A stretch of DNA of 64,000 nucleotides from Balanoglossus misakiensis (Eukaryota; Animalia; Hemichordata): NCBI GenBank assembly GCA_040954595.2, contig CM082585.2, forward strand, positions 9,001,649-9,065,648, in the 5' to 3' direction. Both the position numbers and the translations under genes were made by a program. Positions 52,901 through 64,000 of this stretch are shown in pieces. Positions within the stretch are counted from its first letter, which is position 1; each line of letters begins with the position of its first letter. Below the pieces are notes generated by a model, which made no database searches, was not told the origin of the DNA, and saw only the letters and a program-made list of their open reading frames with translations.

Positions 52901-55816
52901 GGATGATCGACAGAGTTTAAGCTCCATTGGCTTTAACTTTTCGCCATGTTTTCAGTATTTGTGTTTTGTGTATCGAGTATACAGTTTCTTGTTAAAATTC
53001 CTTTAGTAACTTCAGTGGCGCCCGCTTCCTAGCTTGGTACGTTTTCTGGTGTTGGTTGTAGTGTTGTGCCACCCATTGCAAAGTAGGAAAGACGCGGGAA
53101 ATGATGAACGATATGTTGCACTTCGTTAATAAGACGACAAGACATGAGACTGAAAAATGCAATTACTGATTTGCAAGCCATTATATCGAACAGTGTTATT
53201 ACATCAACCGGCATGAAAATTTTCTGTCCCATTTTCCCCGGCAAATTATCTCAAACAAATTTGGCGGCAAATTGGTACGAATGTTTTTTGGATTTTTTTT
53301 CGGCTGCGTCTTTTTTTTATAGAGAAGCATAGATTCATATAGATGCCACTCACGGAAACGCAATTTGCTGGCGAACATACCGCGGCGAGATGTTGACACG
53401 CAGCGGTCGGCTGGAACGGCACAAAAAACGGCGGGAATAAAAGCGCCATTTTTCGACGAATCGAAAGAGATCCATTACGGGATGTTTATTTCGCGGCTGG
53501 ACTCCAAACCGACAGAATGCTCGGGCGCGATTGCATTTTGCGATCTTTTGTTGTAACATTGAATATTTTCCAGAGGAGGAAAGTCCTTATCGTGGCCGGT
53601 GACAATGAGCTAGTTGATAACATCACGCTGTTTTCGCAATAATTTTCTTCGCAGATCTGGCATTTCGATTGTTTCCTTTTCCCGCTTAAAATCAGAGAAA
53701 AAAATTTCCCACTCCAGTTTTCTTTTCAATTAAACGAAAATAGCTCAGCTCTTGAAATTGCCATCAATTTGTATCGAAATATTCGATTTTTCTCACTGGA
53801 GTGTTATTCGATTTTTAACTCGTGCCGTAAACTCATAGTTTGTGCGTTTTCAGGCCAGAATATTAAACAAAATCAGTGCAGTGTAGCGGGACCGTAACTT
53901 AATATTTTTTTCGGCGAATAAAAAAAAGCGAGTGTATAGTCCTCACACCTGCCAGGCTAAAGCGAGAGACAACTCACATCACCAATGATATTCATACTTA
54001 ACGCCGCGGAAATAAAATACGCCGTAAAATGGTAGAAATCAGCGACACATGAAATCGACACACTAGCGATATCAAATTAATCGTTGTATATTTTTAAAAT
54101 TCCCCTGGCGATTATTTTCAATATGCTTCGTGATAGACCCCAAATGACAGCCTTAACAATACCAATCCCCAATGGTATTCGATGACCTTGCCGAGAACCT
54201 CTCGCCCAGTCATTTTATCAAAATTACCACCAAGTTCAACCTTACCTTTTGCCAACATATTTTTTCTCAATTTCTCCAAAATGTAGTTTATTTTTTACTT
54301 GCAACACAACTATACGTCGCTGATAATATATGAGTCATAATAAATTAAGTTTTGCAAATCTATTCCAATAATCGGGCCAGCACACATAAACTTGCAATTT
54401 CCAACAGAGGCATGGGATTGGAGACCACTGCATATTCTACGCTGTTTCTTTTTGATTTATATTTCACTTCGGGTTTCTCGAAATAAATATCACATGTCTT
54501 CCAGCAAAGTGTGCAGCTCCCATGCCGTGATAAAAACTCCGTTGCCACGGTAATCTATCAGCTGAGCCCGAAACGTCCGATTTCTTTTTTCAATCACACC
54601 ACGAGGGTCATTATCAATTTCGATTTATACAAACATTATTAAATTTCAAGTCCGTCCACTCGAAGGGATCCGGGATCCCCACTTTCCGCGGTTTTTGATC
54701 AAAATCCGTATTTATTTGATCTCATCCGTAGATTTGAGATCCCATTTTATGGAAATAGGCTGACATCTCAAATTGGTATAAAACGGTCGTTCACGCAAAC
54801 GTAAAAATCGTCGTTAATTCGTGCTCGACATATTTATAGGAAGCGTTTTTTTATTCTTGGGTTTTACGAGTGCCACAGGTTAGAATAGCGGCAGTTAACG
54901 AAAGTGTCGACTTTTTATGACAATGGCGTAAGAAATCTAGAACCGATTGCGTGCCAAGTTCATAAAATATGGGCTCTATTTTTGTGTGTGGACATACTTT
55001 GAGCCGATCTCAGCGCGCCGCCGTATTTGCGCAGACTCATCGACGGCGGCCATTTTCAAGGTACCCCCATATAATTACATTTAAAACTGACTGGTACATT
55101 TCTTGTGCATGAGTAATATCAAGGGAGTTTACATTACTCCAATAAATGTGGGCGAGATCAATATACACGTGTTTAGTCATTTGAGGAACATTTACGGGCA
55201 CCTGGGTAAAAGGGTAAAAATAAACTACAAAACAACAAAAAGACAGGAATTAAAGAGTTTACAAAACATTTATTCCCGGGCCATCAGAAAGCGGGTTATC
55301 AGGTAACTAAAAACCTCCAATTACCATGTCTGGCATAAAATGGCATCGCAAACAGGAGTAGCTGGAATCTACCTGCAAGTGGATATCCTAGTGCGTTGGT
55401 GACGTCAACTGTAACCTTCAGTTCGATTGGTCGCCTCTCGCTCAGTTTCCGGGGCGCTGTCCAATCACAACTGCCGAGCGAAAGGTCTGATATTGTTGTT
55501 TATAAACACCGATTCCACAAACACCACGGAGACCATGATGAAGTAAAATGCACAGAGCTCGTTGCTTAGTTGACAATAAAGCATACAATATGCGGGTCCG
55601 TTTTTTTTTTCGGGTACCAGCAGAGTAACAGACGTATTACTTAACTGGCTGGCATGCGCTGAAAATTATACCCGCATTTTGACAAATGTCAAATAGACAA
55701 AACGGATTTGAATGCCGTGATGGCTGATTTTTGACCTTGTACATCTGCAGGTCGATGGAATCGGCAGACGATAAGTTTGGTTAATCATGACGAGCGACGT
55801 GTACAGCACACATGTC

Positions 55817-56022
55817 GATTGGTCAACTGCCTGACCGATCAATCGATCTATAGATCGGTCGGTGGCTCGGTCGGTCGGTCAGTCGTTCGCTGCAAAACTT
55901 CAAGCAACGAATAAATGATGAATCGACGAATTGTTAGGTGATTGATTAGCGTACTGAGTGGCTGGCGGATTGATTGATTGATTGATTACTAGATGATTGA
56001 TTGCTCGATAGATCGATCAATC
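55817..56022. repeat. Degenerate tetranucleotide low-complexity region (GGTC / GATT / GATC units)
   Basis: Runs such as CGGTCGGTCGGTC and GATTGATTGATTGATTGATT. Confidence 0.65.
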
Positions 56023-56203
56023 ACAGCGTAATTAAATAACCGACGAAACTAAACGTAGTAATTAACATAGTAGGCAGACATCCACAAGTTCAAGTATACA
56101 TCCAGTCAAAGATGGCGATATTTATTCAGGGGTGGTAACATTCAAGTTCAGTAGGATGTGTCCACATTTTGCTGCTTGCAGCTGTCTATGTTTTTGAGTT
56201 AGA

Positions 56204-56223
56204 CCCCCCCCCCCCCCCCCCCC
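56204..56223 (+). repeat. Poly-C tract (C20)
   Basis: Read directly from the sequence. Confidence 0.9.
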
Positions 56224-59200
56224 TTAGTAAGAGAGCGCATCAAGTCGTTGGCAATTATCGGGTGCAACGCGAGAACCTGGAAGGATGACCAGCTCTGTCA
56301 GAGTTCAACAAGGTTCTGACTTGGTACCATACCCAGTTTGATCGCGCGTGCGCACGACAAAAAGTGTCAGAAATGACGGGGGCTGGCTGATGTTCTCCGA
56401 AAGAGCACCAAGTGTGCTGACGTCACCGTGGGTGTATGCCGGCCCAGGTATCTTTTTTCTCTCTCCTCCCGAAATGGACGAATTTTTCTCTCCCTTTCTT
56501 TCCTGAATGGTGAGCATGTCGTCCCTTTGTTGCGACCAACTATAGCAGAAATTGGCCCCCGAAAGTAAACTGGACACGAGAGGGAAAAAAAAACTGGCAA
56601 ATTAGGCTTGTTGTTAAAGACGAGAGGTTATTGCTAGCACGTGCTTATACCTCGCCGCGAACAGTGGGGGGACGGAGCCCTGAATGGGAGGAAGCGCGAA
56701 GCTCTTCCGAACGAGATTCTATGGACATTTCCCCATTATTCCGTCAGTATATACGGGGATACTTTACTGGGTCGAAATTAAAAACTCGGGTCGTGAAACG
56801 AGAAGTCTTAGGGGGTCTTTGAGTATGCCTAACGACTCTACGGACGGCTTGCTGTGTTCCCACTTTCGAATCGTTAAGTAGAAAATCTTCTCGCTGCGAC
56901 CGGCTATTACCGGCTCTCCCGCTCATTAAGTCCGATAAAATGTAGTTTTCACCATCTGAATGTGAGGCGCTCTGATTGCCGCTAATAAAAAGCGTGATAT
57001 TTCTATCTTGGGGTTCTTTTTAGGCGAAAAAAAAGACACGATGATGAATCGATGGGAGACCCACCGGTGATCGCAGAAATGAGATCCGAATACTGAGCGA
57101 GTGTGTAATGAACGCTGAAGATGCATAACCCCTGGTTCATTTACCTGGCGCCATGCCGGGCGACGAGAAGTGAAGAAAATGAGTACCCCGCTGTACAGCC
57201 TCTGAATTCACCGAGCTCTCTGCTCTCTGCTGCTATTTCAAAAAAACATATGCAGTGAATTAGAATTTTCAGGAAGATGAACAAAAAACCATGGCAACCG
57301 AGAACACCGCGGGATTTCTTACTTAGCATCATTTCTTTTCAGTGTTTTCCGAAGAGCTGCGCGCCACGGGACGCCCCAGCTCGTTTCTATTTAGGCTCCA
57401 AACTTTCTCCGCGCGCTGTTGCTATGCTGTCATCGCTCGGTCGCCGTGTCTTCGTCGTCATATTGCGATGAAAGGAAAACCATTTTTATTAAACTTCACG
57501 GAGCTTCCTGTTAGCGAGCGTGTCACCACCAAACACTGGAGTTCAGCCCCAAAAATGACTCACGATTTTCTTTCGAAACATTGAAAATGTGAGCGAGACT
57601 TTTTAATAACGTATTCAAGTTGAACGGCGCATATCACAATAAATCAGACCAGTTTCCTCGTGGCGTATAATCGTAAATTAAAGAAAATTACTCAATGTAG
57701 TCAGAAATTCTCGATACAACGACTTCCCGAATGTAAACTTCTGTCCATATTTCGCATTTGTGCCTTGTCTTTGTTTACTAGAAGCCAGATCTGACCTAAA
57801 TTTCAAATTGAGCCAGTTCGGTCACGTGATGCAGAGCCTCCCCCACACATACACACGGTTCCAAAGTCCCGCGCGCGCTTTACGATAAACTATAGGACAA
57901 GTGTGGCGAATTTCACGACTCTACGATTTCCAAAATGGCGATGTAAAAAAGCCTCACCGTAAACTAGGTACACTTTACATTTTGCGGGGGATAATTACTG
58001 CACAGCCCTGGGTTCGGTCATATGTGTACTGCGGGATGGGTATGGCCTCAAGGCGTCTTCTCAAAAGAAAATCCAACGCAATCAAGTGAACCATCATTAT
58101 CCTTTTGACTTGAAGTTCTCAATGCATTTTCCCGCCATTGTCAAGTACCACTACATTTTGCCTTCTTAACTTTTTTCTCTCTCGAACGTTTACACAAATG
58201 TGATTAATACAGGTTAGAAGACTCGTCCATAACCTCAAAAAATCATCGCCCGACGAAATCTGGAAATTTATTGATGAGCATTTTCGCTAAAATGAGCAAG
58301 AAAAAAAATTACACGCCAGAGCGTACCCAGAAGGAATTCATTTATTCATATTCCAATACTTCTTGACAACGGGAGGCCTTAAATTATAGAGTCTATTCCA
58401 TTTATTCTATGCAATGCCATTAGAGACCCCCTGTCATCTTACAAATAACGGTAAACAGAAACTGGAAAATAATTTCCCGCCAAATTACCAAGCAGACGAC
58501 ATTTAACGTCTCGGTTTTTATCTTTAATTTCCAAATTAATGATTGCCAAATTTCGATGGGATGGTCCTGCCTTATTTTCGGATTACGCTTAGAATTTTCG
58601 GCTAAATTCGAATTTAACTCGAAAATGCCCCCCGAAAATTGCCATCTTAGGCTCAACAAAGGCGACATAAGCTCTTTAACTACAAGGCCATTCTTGTCAC
58701 CAGGATACTATTGTTTTCGCGGTCCTAACATTATGAAAGATAATGAAGGGTTTAACCCCAGACAGATAAAATCGATATCTGTTTTATTAGACATCAATTA
58801 TATCATTTAAACACTGCAAGATGTTTGGTCAGTTAATTTGTTGGCCTGTTTGCCTTATATGTGCTTCCATTAACTTTGCGCACGTACCGGGAGTCGACGC
58901 TCCATGATATTTGTCTTCGTGAGTTAATGCCAAATAACCTCGTTTTTATTTTCTTGTGCTGTGGAATTATCTGTGTATATTTGGTTTAAATATGTTTGAT
59001 TTTCAATTATCCTAGCCACCAAAAAGTACGCCATCAACCAAATTTCAGGGAAAGTTCTCAGAACTGTTGGCTTGCATCAATCATCACGAAATCGAATGCG
59101 CGCTCACGTGGGTCGCAAATTCATCACTTATGATAGAAGTGGAGAGAGAAAAAAACAAAGAAACGTGGCTGATAATAGCGAAATAGATTATGGAAGTTTT

Positions 59201-60285
59201 TCGCTTCTGACGTAGAAATAATCCTTGAAAAACAATTCATCACCGCTTCACTGTTTCAGAATTTTCTCTGGAAAGTATAGCGATCTACACATGCGCAGAG
59301 TCACGTTTCCCCCGCCTATTGAAGATGATAACCGCCTGTTTGCTTTCGGGAAAGTTGCTCGTCGCCGATTCTCACAAACCACGGGTACGACAGGGCTCTG
59401 TGAACGTACGACCAAAACGTCGATTTCACTGTTGAATTTATTGTTCTTTTTTCAGGGAAAATATGCGAAAAGGTGTTTTAAAAACCTCAACCCAGGCGAA
59501 ACGTGGCATAACTCTTTGCGATGAAACGGTATCACGCTGAGCCGGCAGTGTATACCTGTGGGTTGTGTTCAATTTGGCAGATAAAGACGGTGGTTCTCGA
59601 CCGGCCCCGCCACACTCAACGTCTCTCCCCGTTCGGTGTTGGTGGACGCACACGATGTTTCCGCCGAGAATGGACACTGGTTACAGTGTCAACCGTGAAA
59701 GGCGCACAATCGGCGTTTTCTATCGACCACTTGTCGGACAAGGTCGGCACGTCGCTCGCCCATTATCGCCAACAACAAAACCGGAGATAGGTCCGCGGCC
59801 GCTCTCCGCCCCCTGACAAACGCCCCCGGCTCTGTGAGAACGCGCGTCTTGAAAGCGCCTCCCGAACTCTGTATCGTTGGCGTGTGGGTGACGCGCCTCA
59901 ATGGTATAACGGCGCGCTCTCGGCGTGGAGGTGTGAGGCGAACACTGAACCAGTTTTATAACTAAACTATACCCGTCAAATGAAAAGGAAACCTTAAGGA
60001 TTCCAAACCCTTACGGAAGTTAACAGATGTGTGTGACATATTTGGTATATTTACGAACTTTCAACTGGTGCCATCGATAAACTACACCACAACCAGATGT
60101 CGCTCCAAACTTTCTTTTCGTTCGCTTTCCGGCAAAAAATGTACTAAATAAACCCGAAATTATGTCATATAATTGCGTGACATCTCCGTCCACGCCACAT
60201 AGGAATCGTGAACTTCCAGTGTATCTCGGTTAATCCCTGCATGATGATTGATAATGTGTTGTTATATAGTTTTATGAAATATTTA

Positions 60286-60597
60286 AGCAATAAAACACCC
60301 CCAGCCATGGTATATCACGAGATTTTGACCAGTTCACGACATATACGCACGAGCGATAGCGAGTGCGTATATGGAGTTGAACTGGTCAAAATCGAGTGGT
60401 ATACCATGGCTGGGGGTGTTTTATTGCTATTATATTATGCCAGTATATTGAAACTTTGCATAAAACATTTTAAAAAGGCATTTTCTTTAACTATGATATA
60501 TGACTGTGGTATATGGCTAATATATCACGGTCACGTGTCGTGTCTCGACCAATCAAATAGCGTGATTTACACCATCAATATACTGGTATAATATAAT
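60286..60597. mobile_element. Double inverted-repeat (two adjacent hairpins) element, probably a non-autonomous DNA transposon; family unassigned
   Basis: Hairpin 1 spans 60286-60428, with 29-bp perfect outer arms (AGCAATAAAACACCCCCAGCCATGGTATA) and further paired blocks. Hairpin 2 has arms 60429-60451 and 60575-60597 (23 bp, 1 mismatch). Confidence 0.7.
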
Positions 60598-63500
60598 GCT
60601 ATATAGTTCGTGGTCATTTCTTGCGCAAGCGTCGTGATAACTTGAAGAGTGAGCGTCTCTTGACGTTCACAGTTGAATGAGATAATCTTAGTTTTCACCT
60701 AAAATCCTCAAAGTAATGTTAAAATGCAAACTGTAAATGCTAACTTTTTCGTATATTGTCAACTGCAGTTTAAGATAGTAGAAAGATTGATACTGAAATA
60801 GCGATGAAGTCACCCATAATTGTTGATAGTGAAATAACGAACTCGTGATTTTTGCATTTGATTCAAAACGCCGAATGTTTAAACCAGTTGTCTGCGTCTG
60901 TTCTGCAGAACTTCTTTGTACACGTCGCTGAATGGAAAATATTGTATGAAAATATCTGAAAAACTGCAATAACACCCTGCACATCGATTACAATAGATCT
61001 TTTGCATCTTTGATAAAATTGTCACAATATGTGAAAAGCAAAAAGAGGCTCGATATAATGTTGGCTGTTTCCATAGCAACTCTCGATAAGAAACTTTCCA
61101 TGGATCGGTGCTGCCTAGTGCGACTGTGCGACCGTGACCCATTTACTGTTTTCGAAGAATTAGCGCCGGAAATGTAATTTTTGCCGATATGAATACTGGA
61201 ATGTGTAATGATAACTGACAATTTGATATAAAAAACTAATTATCCACCCAATTCATTGTAAATACAATCCCGATCAACTAGATTTTTTTCTCTTCAAAAT
61301 GCGAGTGAAGATGGCGGTATAAACGTCTTGGAAATACTTTTGAATTTATTTTTACCATCCCGGGATCCAAGAATAATGCATTTTCAAATCGTTGGTCTTT
61401 TAACTTCAGTTTTTCAATTGCGATTGGAAGTAAGAGGGTTATCTGATGGTGTGTTCTAATGGAACTGAAAGTAAAGTTATAGATAACGAAATCGAAAATT
61501 TAAATAGAATGAAACAGGAGCAGTTAATTTAAAATACAGAGACATAATATTTAAGAATTTACCCGATTCTAACTATATTTGGCGTATAACTGCAAAAGTG
61601 GTAACTTTGTGTTAATTTGGTCTAAAATGTGTTAATTAGACTTCCCGCGCTTTCAGTAGTAAACGACAATGATTTTCCTCAATGCGCCAATGCGCGAAAA
61701 TTTGTGCGAGAGCTGGCATAGCCTGGATTCTGGTTCTATACGTCGGATTATCATCTTTCCACGGTAATTTGCACTGAGATTTTTCCACTCGAAAGGCCAT
61801 TTTCCGATATTTTAACGGTATTGTTTTCCTCCAATATATTCATTTATTCCTCAATTTATTCATTTGCGAGTAGTTTAACGAACGCCGTAGGAACAACAAG
61901 CGCTACTCAGTTATAAAAAAAACGGTTTTCAAAACCCAAATCCATCATGGATGGTTGCATGCTGGTGTGGTCTTTTAAAATAACGTCCATTTTTAATAAA
62001 GCGACGTGAAGCGTATTACCTTAATGAAATATACATGCGATAAGTAATTCAAAAATGTGATGAAACATATCATTAGAGCATCACTCGATTGATCCCCCCC
62101 CCTATTTTTTTCACGGACGGCTCTATTTTGGATCGAATCCCCGCGTTCATATCTCGGCGCGTGCGTGACAATGGTCCTATCTGTTCAACCGGGAAAATAT
62201 TGAGTCTGTCTCAGTGACTTTTTATATTTTTGCGAACTAAAAACAGCGAGTGAAAAACCGCGATCACAGAAAATCGAGCGATCGAAAATGGCGGCCGTGT
62301 GGTTCATTTAGTGAGCCATAATCGGTTTCAGTCAGCGGTAATAAATCAAAACGATCGCAAAGTACCAACGACGTGCAGTGTATACGAACGATTTTGATCA
62401 ATCATAAAAAATCGTTGAAATGTCATATTCTGTTATCATCTATGAGCTCATCTACTCGGGGTATCAGGGTCCGTGATGCGTTGTTTTCTTGTTCCTTGTC
62501 GCCGGCCTGCATTTTCCGAGCCGGCAATTTTTTGTCATCATATCAGTAGTCTTTCATGCGACAATTTCGCTCTGCTCGGGACAAAGCTGTGTTGCTTTAT
62601 CAGCTCATTCCAGCTCCACACACATGGTTGCAGATATAACATGCAAATTCCTTTTGATGACGTAGTTTACGATAGGCACCAGAAATGATTACGTCATTGC
62701 AGTGTTTTGCACGCCATGCCCTACATCAAGGGTTTTGTGCACAGTCGGGCTAACAATGAATGTTACATGCTCATCTCTGTCAGCTCAAGAGCGTAGATAA
62801 CTAGTGACAAATGATATCGACTTTGTCTTCGTTGTAAACTTGACAGTAATGTGTCTTCACGTAACTGTGTGTTTTGTGTAAACTTGAACAATTGGGTGTT
62901 AGGGACCTAGCGGTTAATATCCAGGTGGGCCATCGCGTCTGCAGTCAACAACAAACTCATGTAATTTCTGCCGCCAATCTCTCCCGTCGAATGCGACGGG
63001 GGCCAATGGCAGACACTGTCGTTCCCTTTTGTCATTCAATTCCGACAAGGTCGTCCGCTGCGATGCCACAACAAAGCGACGACACTCCAAATGATTACAC
63101 GAGATGACACCCCCATGAAAACAGAATAAACTGAAGACGATAATAGGAGCGGAACTGTGCGTGTGTTTTTGGTAATGAAGTGTAATTTGAAGCCTGCGAA
63201 TTCAGTCTCCATCCCCGTCAAAAACGACCTTCTCCAACGTTTTCCCTTCAGAAGTCTATCTCGCTTCCAAAAAAATGTAACCCGAGTTTGACTCGGTTAC
63301 ATACTGCGATTTTGAGAGCCACGGATACGTTCATTTTTGATGTCGAACATCCTGCGCGACTCCGACACTGGAATGATGAGATCTGCGCTGCTTCCAAAAC
63401 AGGGCTTTACATCTCCGCCGCACGTGCGCCTTAACGTAATTGAGTTTCATTTGTAACTTCATTGAAAAAACGGTTTTCTACTGTAGACAATTTTTCCAGT

Positions 63501-64000
63501 GGACAAAACCTAATTGTTTCCATTGATCATCCGTCGACTAAGAAATCGTTTCCTCTATAACTAGTATTTTATACATTAGTATTTTGTTTAATACATGATG
63601 GTGCGCGTCTTCCTATTTCCCTCAATTTCCTGTAAGAATGGGCGCGCCGTCGCTGTCCACAGCCCGCTTGCTGACGGGGCTTTTGTTCTGCCCGTTCCGA
63701 CGAGCCGCTGAAAGCCTTTCGGCACAAAGAAACACGTCATACATAATTCATAAGTGTTGCTCCGATTGTGTTGTTACACAGCCAATATTAAACGTTGTTA
63801 AAGCTAGTCTGGGTTGGGAGCATCGCTTGCAAAGCGAGTCTACGAATGAGAGAGGGAGAGAGCGCAGCCAATCCCGTACGCTCCGCCCGACCGTGATCAT
63901 ACACCACCCCGGCCCACTGAACTCCAGTAGACTATATCTTCTCAGTCAAGTATCACCTCACAGCCAGCTCCGTACCGAACTGGATTCCTTGAGCTAACTT

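Noticed and set aside
13218-56863. About ten Su(H)/CSL GTGGGAA sites, including one in the intron
   Set aside because: Count is not far from the rough chance expectation for a 7-mer on two strands, and no paired (SPS) arrangement was seen.
60208-60591. 127-aa ORF
   Set aside because: Runs through the palindromic element and has no protein-like features.
62125-62150. B-box-like GGATCGAATCCC (tRNA/SINE?)
   Set aside because: No A-box, cloverleaf or tail.
1-64000. CRISPR arrays, operons or prokaryotic defence systems
   Set aside because: The sequence is animal DNA with a spliceosomal intron; no regularly spaced repeats or dense ORFs.

Overview
Eukaryotic (animal) genomic DNA, roughly 40% GC by eye and without obvious CpG depletion. 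The only protein-coding gene I can support is a two-exon Zic (odd-paired family) C2H2 zinc-finger transcription factor on the minus strand: exon 1 15274-14143, a phase-1 GT-AG intron, and exon 2 12955-12489, giving 532 aa. Its sequence and single intron suggest an invertebrate deuterostome (hemichordate-like; inference only). It carries Zic1/2/3-type and Zic4/5-type motifs in one protein. The other ~60 kb has no credible CDS and looks like the cis-regulatory gene desert of a developmental regulator. Small structured insertions include a 42-bp hairpin with TAG...CTA ends and a perfect 9-bp target-site duplication, a 157-bp Tc1/mariner-pogo-type MITE, a ~310-bp double-hairpin element, a 22-bp perfect palindrome downstream of Zic, and several microsatellites. 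I found no RNA genes, CRISPR arrays or convincing new multi-gene system. All motif-based regulatory calls are hypotheses.
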